Made by a program: the position numbers and the translations under genes
Notes under the pieces: model-generated
The model's database searches: none
The model's input: only the letters and a program-made list of their open reading frames with translations
What the model was told of the DNA's origin: nothing
NCBI GenBank assembly: GCA_963662585.1
Contig: OY759729.1
Coordinates: 1,984,001-2,048,000, forward strand
Length of the DNA: 64,000 bases
Direction: 5' to 3'
DNA from: Candidatus Cloacimonadales bacterium
GTDB lineage: Bacteria > Cloacimonadota > Cloacimonadia > Cloacimonadales > JAFGVF01
In this document: one piece after another, positions 43,059 through 51,641 of the stretch
Layout of the letters: the number at the start of each line of letters is the position of its first letter
Numbering within the stretch: position 1 is the first letter of the stretch

Positions 43059-43919
43059 TTACTTTTTTCTATTAAATAGAAAACCTAGCTTCACTCCAAA
43101 ATAGGTAATCTGTTCATCTGTTGCTTTATCTGCTATCTCTGTTTCTACACCAGTATATAGGTTAGCATACATAAGTCCAAAATCAACATTTAGGTTAACT
43201 TCAGCACCAATAGCTTGAGGCTGTCTTTTCTGAGGGATTATAGATATAGTCTCTTTTCTTTTAGTATTAGCTCTACTGTAATAGAGGGAGATACTAGGGA
43301 AATTTCTCTTGTCAGGATTAGGAAGAAATCCATAAATGATAGCCGATTTGAATTCTAGGCTATGAGCGTCATACTTTTTGACTGATTCCTCACTCTTAAA
43401 AGTAATGTACTTACCATCTAGGTATAAAGATAGTCTATGAGGATTATCATATTCTGTAAGTAGGCGTTTGATTCCCACTTGGGTACCTGTGAAGGAGGTA
43501 TTTAATTCTGATTTACCGTTAATAATATTATCATTTTCATCAACTGTAGGAGCCATATCATAACCATTTTCAATGCTTCCTCTAAAATATCCAACTTTTA
43601 CTTCGGTTGAATTATCAAATCCTAGTCTAGTATTAAATCCAAAATATCTACAATCATCATTCACAGTGGATCCAATAATTATCAAATCATTCTCGAGATT
43701 ATCCCAGTCATGAGAACTTATCTCAGTTATGACATCAACAGTGTTTGCTTGATCATTAAAGAATTCAACAGCCACAGCTCCCTGACCTATCGGCATAACA
43801 CTTTCACCTAGTCCAACTGTTCTTAGCACAGAACTACTAGCCATTTTCTCTACACTACATCCAGTAAATAGCACAATACTAAAAAATGTTATTAAAATTA
43901 AAAACTTATCTCTTTTCAT
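43059..43919 (-). CDS. Hypothetical lipoprotein, predicted beta-barrel, paralog 2 of 4
   Basis: Lipobox FTGC; same family motifs; ends YFGVKLGFLFNRKK. Confidence 0.8.
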   Translation of the reverse strand: MKRDKFLILITFFSIVLFTGCSVEKMASSSVLRTVGLGESVMPIGQGAVAVEFFNDQANTVDVITEISSHDWDNLENDLIIIGSTVNDDCRYFGFNTRLGFDNSTEVKVGYFRGSIENGYDMAPTVDENDNIINGKSELNTSFTGTQVGIKRLLTEYDNPHRLSLYLDGKYITFKSEESVKKYDAHSLEFKSAIIYGFLPNPDKRNFPSISLYYSRANTKRKETISIIPQKRQPQAIGAEVNLNVDFGLMYANLYTGVETEIADKATDEQITYFGVKLGFLFNRKK

Positions 43920-43963
43920 GTTTACCTCATTTTTTTGTTATAAATATTATTAAAAATCTTTAG

Positions 43964-44830
43964 TTACTTGTCCGGTTTCTTAAAATGAACTCCGAATTTT
44001 ATTCCCCAAAAGGGTTTTATTTCATTGCTTGTTTTGTGTCCAATTTCTTTTTCTAATCCTGTAGATATGTTTGCATAGACCATACCATAGGCAAGATTTA
44101 GATTAACTTCACTCCCGATCGCCTGAGCTTGTTTTTTTGCATCGATGCCTTCAACACTATTTTGTCTTTTGGTATTGGCAATACTATGGTAAATTCCTAT
44201 GCTTGGGAAATTTCTAGAGGAAGTGTCTTTTAAATAGCCATAAATAAGAGCAGATTTGAATTCCAAGTTTTTCCCATCATATCTAGAAGCATATCCTTGA
44301 GTCTCCGTAATAATCTGTTTACCTTCTATATATAAAGAAACTTTATGGGGATTAGTATAATGAGTTAAGAGATGCTTTAAGCCAAGATGTAGTCCGTGAA
44401 ATTGAGTATAGCGTTCTTGATAGAGATCTAGTTGATTTCCTGATTCATCTATAATATCAAGGTGTCTTCCAATCTCAAAAATACTTCCTTGAAAAAGACC
44501 TAGTTTAATCTCGGTATAATTCCATAAACCAAATCTGCAGTTAATTCCGTAATATCTATCACGATTACTTACTTTCTCACTAGTAATATAATAGTTTTCG
44601 TAATCTTCTGGTCTATCCGTTATTCTATTTACAGAAATTATATCAATGCTCGTAGCTTTATCATTAAATATTTCAAAAGCAAATTCTTCATGTTCCAAGG
44701 GAAGAGCTGTTTCTCCTAAGCCAGAACTTCTAACCATGTAACTGCTTGATGCTGTGTCATTGTTAGCACACCCAGTGATGAGTAAGCTACTTAAAAGTGC
44801 TAAATAAAATAGACTAAGAAACTTATTCAT
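43964..44830 (-). CDS. Hypothetical lipoprotein, predicted beta-barrel, paralog 3 of 4
   Basis: Lipobox ITGC; same family motifs; ends FWGIKFGVHFKKPDK. ATG 44830 follows AAAGGAG. Confidence 0.8.
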   Translation of the reverse strand: MNKFLSLFYLALLSSLLITGCANNDTASSSYMVRSSGLGETALPLEHEEFAFEIFNDKATSIDIISVNRITDRPEDYENYYITSEKVSNRDRYYGINCRFGLWNYTEIKLGLFQGSIFEIGRHLDIIDESGNQLDLYQERYTQFHGLHLGLKHLLTHYTNPHKVSLYIEGKQIITETQGYASRYDGKNLEFKSALIYGYLKDTSSRNFPSIGIYHSIANTKRQNSVEGIDAKKQAQAIGSEVNLNLAYGMVYANISTGLEKEIGHKTSNEIKPFWGIKFGVHFKKPDK

Positions 44831-45043
44831 ACTTTCTCCTTTTCTCAATTATTACAAATCCAATATAGCAGTCTATTAATTAAATTGTCAAGATAAAGCT
44901 AATAAATTCGTATTCTTTGTAAGTGATATACATTCCTAACAGTATGAATTACAATAATCAGACATGAAATACAAAATGATATTTGATTGGGTATTTAGTA
45001 ATATTGGTTTTAACTAAAAACTCTTCTTAGCAGAAGAGGAGCT

Positions 45044-45907
45044 TTACTTGTTTCGATTAACATTGAAGCCATATTTTACTCCAAAATAGACCTTGAGTCC
45101 TTTAGCAGCATTAGCACTAATTTCTTTCTCAAGTCCTGTAAAAAGGAGTATAGATACAAGTCTAGCATCAATATTATAATTTGTTTCTAAGCCAAGAGCT
45201 TGAATCTGATTTTTTAATGGAATATTGGAATATGTTTGGTCTCTTCTAGTATTAGCTTGAGAGAAATATAGAGCAAGACTTGGAAAATGCCTTTTCTTTG
45301 GGTCTGCTAAGTAACCATAAATGAGAGAACTTTTAAACTCTGTAATGACAGCATCATATTTTGATGCTATATCTTTACTGTGTGTTGTAAAGTACTTTCC
45401 TTCACCATATAATGAAAGTCTATGTGGGTTGTCATAATCTGTTAGTAATCTCTTAATGCTTAGCTGTTGTCCCCATACAGTAGTATAATAATTCCGCCTG
45501 GTGTCATTCCTATAATTCATTCTATAGCCATTCTTGGCAAAGGCAAAGAAAGCTCCAATTTTAATCTCTGTTAAATTATTAATTCCGTATCTAGCATTAA
45601 CTCCAAAATATCTGTGATTGATATCTAGTTTCTTTCCGCTTATTTCATGAACATCTTCAGGATCATCTTCTCCATAATAGTTAATATATCTTTCTTTGAT
45701 TTTATCAATAGAAATTGCTTGATCATTGAATAACTCAATAACCAAATTAGCTTTGTCTATAGGCATGGAATTTTCTCCAAGACCAACAGTTCTTAATATA
45801 GTACTGCTTAGCAATTTTTCTATTTTGGGTATCCCTACATAATCACAGCCAGTCAATACTGTAATCATTAAGATAATTAATAAAGTATGAAATAGTGATT
45901 TTTTCAT
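45044..45907 (-). CDS. Hypothetical lipoprotein, predicted beta-barrel, paralog 4 of 4
   Basis: Lipobox LTGC; same family motifs; ends YFGVKYGFNVNRNK. Confidence 0.8.
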   Translation of the reverse strand: MKKSLFHTLLIILMITVLTGCDYVGIPKIEKLLSSTILRTVGLGENSMPIDKANLVIELFNDQAISIDKIKERYINYYGEDDPEDVHEISGKKLDINHRYFGVNARYGINNLTEIKIGAFFAFAKNGYRMNYRNDTRRNYYTTVWGQQLSIKRLLTDYDNPHRLSLYGEGKYFTTHSKDIASKYDAVITEFKSSLIYGYLADPKKRHFPSLALYFSQANTRRDQTYSNIPLKNQIQALGLETNYNIDARLVSILLFTGLEKEISANAAKGLKVYFGVKYGFNVNRNK

Positions 45908-46201
45908 TTTTTCCCCTTACCTAGATAATTCATTGCTAACTTGCAATATTTTAATCATTTGTCAAGCAATATAAATATGGCTAGTATTTTTTTCACTTCT
46001 TTTTTACTTCTAAATTCTCTACTCTTCTACTATACTATAGGTCCCACTTTTTGTGGAAATGGTCCACTTTCTTGATTTTTTATAATAAATCTTCAGCCTT
46101 ATAGAATATATATTCTATAAGGGCGATTAGTAATGTTAGTTTTGTTTAACAAAATTATATTGTTTATATTTTACTGCTTTTTCTTTCTACATTCTATAGT
46201 C

Positions 46202-46275
46202 TTCCCTTGCTCCATCACTGTCATCTCAAATAAAAATCAAATATTATTTGAGATGACAGTCACAGAGCAAGGGAA
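46202..46275. repeat. Long near-perfect hairpin (11-bp plus 17-bp stems)
   Basis: TTCCCTTGCTC/GAGCAAGGGAA outer stem, 4x4 internal loop, ACTGTCATCTCAAATAA/TTATTTGAGATGACAGT inner stem, 10-nt loop. Confidence 0.85.
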
Positions 46276-46291
46276 ATGGAGAGAATTTCAA

Positions 46292-46534
46292 GTGTATGAT
46301 AATCCCTCTTCTGCCGGATTGCATGCACACTTGCATGCGAAAAACCTTATAAAAATCTAAAGTTATCTTATTGTCTAATGTTGAAGCAGATACGCTTCCA
46401 CTCCATAGAAGAAAAACACCCCTGTGTCCCCTCACGGAGGAGGATTTAAAAACACCCCGTCTGCTTCGCAGCCACCCCTCTTTTATCGTGCTTTCAGCAC
46501 TAAAGAGTGGAATTTAAGATTCACGGACTAAATG
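46292..46534 (+). repeat. Family-1 element copy A, 5' part (interrupted by IS21; continues at 49225-49270)
   Basis: Near-identical to 49591-49824; breaks inside ACGGACTAAATG^TCCGT. Confidence 0.9.
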
Positions 46535-46703
46535 TGAATATTATTCTTAAAATGAGCCACCAGTCTCATTAAGTTGAGCCATTAGAATCATGAAATAGAG
46601 CCATCTAATCTCATAAAATTGAGCCATCTTGTTAAATTAGTTTTTATTGTTATCATAACGTTATGTGTCAAAAGGCATAAATAACGATATGGAGGTCAGA
46701 AAA

Positions 46704-48248
46704 ATGACCAATTACAAAGAAATCTTGCGTTTATCTGCGCAAGGTATTAGTCAACGCGATATAGCTGTCAGTTTATCGCATTCTCGAAATACGATAGCTA
46801 AAGTACTTCAAGCAGCAGAACAACATGATGTAAAATGGCCTATTCCAGAAGAACTCAGCAATTTAGAGATCAAAAAAAGGTTATTCCCAGTAGAAGACCT
46901 TAGGGAAGAAAGACGCACGCCTGATTTTGATTATATTCACAAACAACTCAGCAAAAGTGGTGTAACATTATTGTTATTATGGTATGAGTATTGCGAGACA
47001 TGTAGTCTTAATAAAACCATACCTTTTCATTATACTCATTTTTGCAGACTCTACAAACAATATGCTCATAAAACTAGAGCAACAATGAGAATACATCATA
47101 AACCAGCTGAGAAACTTGAAGTTGATTGGTCAGGTCAACCTGCTTATCTTACGAACAATATTGATAGAACCCCTATAAAGGTATATATTTTTGTGGCAGT
47201 ACTTCCTTATAGTGGTTATACATATGTTGAGACTTTCTTAAATATGAAGATGCAAAATTGGATACAAGCTCATATAAACTGCTATGAATATATGGGTGGT
47301 GTAGCGAGGATTTTAGTTCCGGATAATCTTAAAACAGGCGTAACGCAAGTATCCCGAACTGAAAGTGTAATCAATAAGACCTACAATGACTTGGCTAATC
47401 ATTATGGAACAGTAGTAATTCCAGCTAGAGTAAGACACCCTAAAGATAAAGCTAGTGCAGAAGGAGCAGTAGGAAAAATATCAACATGGATAATAGCAGC
47501 ATTAAGAAATAGGCAATTCTTTACTCTTAATGAGCTTAATAAGGCAATTAAGGAAAAACTTAAAGATTTCAATACTAAACCCTTTCAGATTAAAGATGGG
47601 AGTCGTGAAAGCATATTCTTACTTGAAGAGCAAAAACTATTACTTCCATTGCCTGCCGATGCCTATGAGATTTCTACATGGTTAACAGCTACTGTATCTT
47701 ATAACTATCATATTCAAGTAGATAAAAGATATTATTCAGTACCGTATGAATATATACATCAAAAAGTAGATGTTCGCATTACTAAGAGAATAATAGAGAT
47801 ATATAATCAAGGTGAGCGAATAGCACTTCACCAACGTCTTAATATGGAAGACAATCGTTATCAAACTAACTTTAATCATATGCCGGAAAACCACCAAGAA
47901 TACCACAAATGGGATGCAAATCGATTTATTAAATGGGGGCAAAGTATTGGACCCAGCACAGAAAAAACAATAATTTCAATATTTTCATCATGCAGTGTTG
48001 AACAACAAGGTTACCGAACTTGTATGGCAATATTAAACATAGAAAAGAAAACAGGAAAGGGGAAACTTGAAAATGCTTGCCAGCGAGCTCTTACTTATAC
48101 CCCGAATCCAAGTTTAAAGATACTAAAAACTATTATCAAGTCTGATGAAATGCGGATTGAAAATAATCAAGATAAAGATAAGAGATCTGAGTCAGAATAT
48201 GCTATAAAGCGTGAATCAGGTTATTACGGAGGAAATGAAAATGAATAA
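46704..48248 (+). CDS. istA: IS21 DDE transposase
   Basis: N-terminal HTH, EVDWSG, LVPDNLKTGV, PKDKASAEGAV, YYSVPY. ATG 46704 follows GGAGG. Confidence 0.95.
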   Translation: MTNYKEILRLSAQGISQRDIAVSLSHSRNTIAKVLQAAEQHDVKWPIPEELSNLEIKKRLFPVEDLREERRTPDFDYIHKQLSKSGVTLLLLWYEYCETCSLNKTIPFHYTHFCRLYKQYAHKTRATMRIHHKPAEKLEVDWSGQPAYLTNNIDRTPIKVYIFVAVLPYSGYTYVETFLNMKMQNWIQAHINCYEYMGGVARILVPDNLKTGVTQVSRTESVINKTYNDLANHYGTVVIPARVRHPKDKASAEGAVGKISTWIIAALRNRQFFTLNELNKAIKEKLKDFNTKPFQIKDGSRESIFLLEEQKLLLPLPADAYEISTWLTATVSYNYHIQVDKRYYSVPYEYIHQKVDVRITKRIIEIYNQGERIALHQRLNMEDNRYQTNFNHMPENHQEYHKWDANRFIKWGQSIGPSTEKTIISIFSSCSVEQQGYRTCMAILNIEKKTGKGKLENACQRALTYTPNPSLKILKTIIKSDEMRIENNQDKDKRSESEYAIKRESGYYGGNENE

Positions 48249-48993
48249 TAATACAATCACAAAACTTAGAGAAATGAGTTTAAATGGAATGGCAGATGCT
48301 ATTAGAGAACAGATAAACAACAGCAATTATGAAAAGTATAGTTTTAAAGAACGTTTAGGAATGATCGTTGATAGCGAATGGGATAAACGAAGAACTAATA
48401 AGATGATAAGATTACTCCATGATGCAAATTTCAAATTCATTAATGCAAATATAGCAGATGTAGATTATCATGAAGACCGAAATTTAGACAGAAGTCAGTT
48501 AATAGATTTATCGTCATGTTCTTATATACAGAGAAATGAGAATATAATCATAATGGGTGCTTCAGGAAGTGGTAAAACATGGTTATCATGTGCATTAGGG
48601 AATCATGCTTGTAGAAAATACTATAGTGTGCGCTATATTAGACTTCCAGAACTATTAGATGATTTTGCAGTTGCCCGTAGCGAAAACAGTCATCAACGGA
48701 TCATAAAGAAATATGCAACAGTAAATCTATTAATTATTGATGAATGGTTACTTACCAATATTAGTGAAGATGAATCAAAGTATCTTTTTGAGCTTGTAGA
48801 GAAAAGATATATGAAGGGATCTACGATTATGTGTTCTCAGTTTAGAATAGGAGGATGGCATGACAAGATCGGTCAAACAACTCTTGCAGATGCCATCCTA
48901 GATAGACTAGTGCACAATGCACACAGAATAATCATTGAAGGAAAAATGTCAATGAGAGAAAGACAAGGTCTAAAGCAAAATATCTCCAAATAA
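48241..48993 (+). CDS. istB: IS21 helper AAA+ ATPase
   Basis: GASGSGKTW, LLIIDEW, ADAILDRLVHNAH, SMRER; overlaps the istA end. Confidence 0.95.
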   Translation: MNNNTITKLREMSLNGMADAIREQINNSNYEKYSFKERLGMIVDSEWDKRRTNKMIRLLHDANFKFINANIADVDYHEDRNLDRSQLIDLSSCSYIQRNENIIIMGASGSGKTWLSCALGNHACRKYYSVRYIRLPELLDDFAVARSENSHQRIIKKYATVNLLIIDEWLLTNISEDESKYLFELVEKRYMKGSTIMCSQFRIGGWHDKIGQTTLADAILDRLVHNAHRIIIEGKMSMRERQGLKQNISK

Positions 48994-49010
48994 TATATAA
49001 TCCCCCAATA

Positions 49011-49063
49011 AATCGGGCTGCTGCTCAGTTCGGACTACGTCCTCTCTTCGCAGCAGCCCGATT
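49011..49063. repeat. GC-rich hairpin downstream of istB, inside the IS
   Basis: AATCGGGCTGCTGC...GCAGCAGCCCGATT, perfect 14-bp stem. Confidence 0.75.
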
Positions 49064-49219
49064 AAAATACACTTTCGTCAACTTCTTATTGATATAGAAT
49101 TTAATCTATTGGTATCTGAATAATTGCATGGCTCTGTTTGTGATAATAGGTGGATCAATTGTATAATATTAGTGGCTCAACATAATGAGACTGGTTGGCT
49201 CTCTGGAGGATATTATGCA

Positions 49220-49870
49220 AAATGTCCGTAACCCCAGTTAATCACTAAAGAGGGGAGTTTAAGAGTGTGGTAATCCCTCTTCTGCCGGATTGCATGCACC
49301 CTTGCATGCGAAAAACCTTATAAAAAATTTAATGTTATCTTATTATTGTCTAATGTGGAAGCAGAGACGCTTCCACTCCAAAGAAGAAAAACACCCCTGT
49401 GTCCCCTCGCGGAGGGGGATTTAAAAACACCCCCTATGTCCCCCTCACGGAGGGGGATTTAAAAACACCCCGTCTGCTTCGCAGCCACCCCTCTTTTATC
49501 GTGCTTTCAGCACTAAAGAGGGGAATTTAAGATTCACGGACTAAATGTCCGTAACCCCAGTTAATTGTAGAGGGGAGTTTAAGAGTGTGGTAATCCCTCT
49601 TCTGCCGGATTGCATGCACCCTTGCATGCGAAAAACCTTATAAAAAATCTAATGTTATCTTATTGTCTAATGTGGAAGCAGATACGCTTTCACTCCAAAG
49701 AAGAAAACACCCTATGTCCCCCTCACGGAGGAGGATTTAAAAACACCCCGTCTGCTTCGCAGCCACCCCTCTTTTATCGTGCTTTCAGCACTAAAGAGGG
49801 GAATTTAAGATTCACGGACTAAATGTCCGTAACCCCAGTTAATCACTAAAGAGGTCTGGTCATATTTTTA
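49220..49870 (+). repeat. Family-1 tandem array: end of copy A, copy B (49271-49590), copy C (49591-~49866)
   Basis: Head-to-tail near-identical units joined by GAGTTTAAGAGTGTGGTAATCCC; copy B has an internal ~37-bp module duplication. Confidence 0.92.
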
Positions 49871-50031
49871 TAGCTTTTCTTAAAACTCTGTGAAACTCCT
49901 CTTGGCCTCTGTGAAACTCTGTGTTAAGGGTTTTTTCAAGAAGGCGTAGGGCAATACGCCCCTACATTCGTGAAAATTCGTCTTAATTCGTGTTAATTAG
50001 TGTGAAGTTCTTATTAATTCTCAATTTCTTT

Positions 50032-50469
50032 CTATCCCATCTTTTTTTCTTCAAAAACTAGAAGAGTCTCGGTTTTGCTAATAAACTCAAAAGAGGTTAA
50101 GTTCTCAATGAGAAAATGCTGTAATTGTTTATTATCTTCCACATAGACTTTTAGCATATAATCGTATTGACCTGAAATATGGTATATCTCTGTTACTTCT
50201 CGGAGAGAGCTAACATGTTTAATAAACTTATCAATAATTGCTCTATTATGCCTTTCGAGGGCGATTTGAATAATTGCTGTGGTAGTATAGCCCATTTTGT
50301 TATAGTTAAGATTAGCAGAATAACTTGTGATGATTTCCTTTTCTTCTAACTTCTTGACTCTCTCCAAAGTAGAAGAGGGATTAAGGCCTATCAGTTCTGA
50401 AAGATTCTTATTACTAATCCGTCCTTCTTGTCGCAAAATATCAACAATCTTTTTATCTATATCATCCAT
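50032..50469 (-). CDS. Lrp/AsnC family transcriptional regulator
   Basis: DDIDKKIVDILRQEGRISNKNLSELIGL...RVKKLEE; ISGQYDYMLKV. Confidence 0.95.
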   Translation of the reverse strand: MDDIDKKIVDILRQEGRISNKNLSELIGLNPSSTLERVKKLEEKEIITSYSANLNYNKMGYTTTAIIQIALERHNRAIIDKFIKHVSSLREVTEIYHISGQYDYMLKVYVEDNKQLQHFLIENLTSFEFISKTETLLVFEEKKMG

Positions 50470-50633
50470 ATTATTATTCCTTTTTCTAGTATTACTTTAG
50501 GTTTTTCTAACTCTTGCTATTTAATGAATAATCTCTGTTTTTTTCTTACTGAGAGAGATTAATTATTGTTTACACAATGATGCGGGGTAGAGTTCTGCTT
50601 TCCCCGTTATTAAGTGAGCTTAATTCTTTTTTT

Positions 50634-50677
50634 CGAATATAATTTGTCAAACTTTAAATTTTGTCAAATATAATTTG
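50634..50677. promoter_or_regulatory. Two putative Lrp/AsnC binding sites
   Basis: CGAAT-ATA-ATTTG (50634-50646) and CAAAT-ATA-ATTTG (50665-50677), 18-bp spacer, between the divergent lrp and por genes. Confidence 0.6.
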
Positions 50678-50741
50678 CTAAAAATTCGATATTATAATAT
50701 TTTGGCATCAGTTAGAATTTAAAATATAAAAGGAGTCATTT

Positions 50742-51293
50742 ATGATAGAAATCAGATGGCACGGACGGGGAGGACAAGGTGGTTTTACAGTCTCTCGTCT
50801 ATTAGGTATGGCAGCTTCTCTTTTCAATGGAAAGCATGCAATTGCTTTTCCTGCATTTGGACCTGAAAGAAGAGGTGCTCCAGTTTTAGCATTCACTAAG
50901 ATTGATGATTGTAAAATTGATGACCGTAGTGAAGTTGAATTTTGTGATTTCGTTGTTATAATGGATGAGACGCTAATTAATGCTTCTTTAACAAGAGGTT
51001 TAAAAGACGAATCAGTAATTATTATTAATACTCAAAATCCTGAAAAATATGGTGATTTTTTCCCTGCTCCTAATAGAATTTTCTATATTGATGCTACACA
51101 GATAGCCTTAGAAGTTCTTAAAAGACCAATTACAAATACTACTATGCTAGGAGCTTTAGTAAAGGTATCAGAAGTAACAGACTTGGATGCCTGTTATCAA
51201 AGTATAGATAAAGAGCTTAATGTAGCTATTGCTAGTAAAAATAAATTAGTAATTGAAAAAGCATATAATGAAGTAAAGGAGTATCAGAGATAA
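50742..51293 (+). CDS. porC: 2-oxoacid:ferredoxin oxidoreductase gamma subunit
   Basis: EIRWHGRGGQG, FGPERRGAPV, NTTMLGA. Confidence 0.93.
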   Translation: MIEIRWHGRGGQGGFTVSRLLGMAASLFNGKHAIAFPAFGPERRGAPVLAFTKIDDCKIDDRSEVEFCDFVVIMDETLINASLTRGLKDESVIIINTQNPEKYGDFFPAPNRIFYIDATQIALEVLKRPITNTTMLGALVKVSEVTDLDACYQSIDKELNVAIASKNKLVIEKAYNEVKEYQR

Positions 51294-51294
51294 T

Positions 51295-51633
51295 ATGAAA
51301 AAGACAAAAGATATGTTATCACAAGATGGTAATAGACCTGTTCAACAAGAATTCCCTAAAAGAAATCACATCTCTGAATATCCAACCGGACCTGGATTTA
51401 CTGCTGGGCATCTTGCTGAAATTAATGCTGGCTGGCGTGTCTTTAAGCCTGTCATAGATTTAGAAAAATGTATTGCTTGTTATAAATGTTATATGGTTTG
51501 CCCTGATGGAGTTATCTTCAAACAAGGTGAGAAAGAGGTAGCAGTAGATTATGATTACTGCAAAGGTTGTGGGGTTTGTGCTCACGAATGTCCTGTCAAA
51601 GCAATAACAATGATAAAAGATGAAAGGGATTAG
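51295..51633 (+). CDS. porD: 2-oxoacid:ferredoxin oxidoreductase delta subunit (2x[4Fe-4S])
   Basis: GWRVFKP, CIACYKCYMVCP, DYDYCKGCGVCAHECP. Confidence 0.93.
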   Translation: MKKTKDMLSQDGNRPVQQEFPKRNHISEYPTGPGFTAGHLAEINAGWRVFKPVIDLEKCIACYKCYMVCPDGVIFKQGEKEVAVDYDYCKGCGVCAHECPVKAITMIKDERD

Positions 51634-51641
51634 GAGGCACA

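Larger units (their letters stand above)
46535..49219 (+). mobile_element. IS21 family insertion sequence, apparently intact (2685 bp)
   Basis: TG...CA ends; ~50-bp imperfect terminal IRs; four GAGCCA-type repeats at 22-23 bp period at each end; istA-istB; 5-bp target duplication AAATG at 46530-46534 and 49220-49224. Confidence 0.95.

Noticed and set aside
42124..45907. Diversity-generating retroelement or invertible shufflon acting on the four paralogs
   Set aside because: No reverse transcriptase or recombinase, no template/variable repeat pair with adenine-only differences, and all copies share one orientation
46292..49870. CRISPR array or integron cassette array interpretation of the tandem repeats
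   Set aside because: Units are ~280-320 bp and near-identical throughout; there are no unique spacers or cassettes, no cas or integrase genes and no attC boxes
50582..50607. GC-rich hairpin in the lrp leader as a riboswitch
   Set aside because: A single short imperfect stem with no recognisable aptamer consensus
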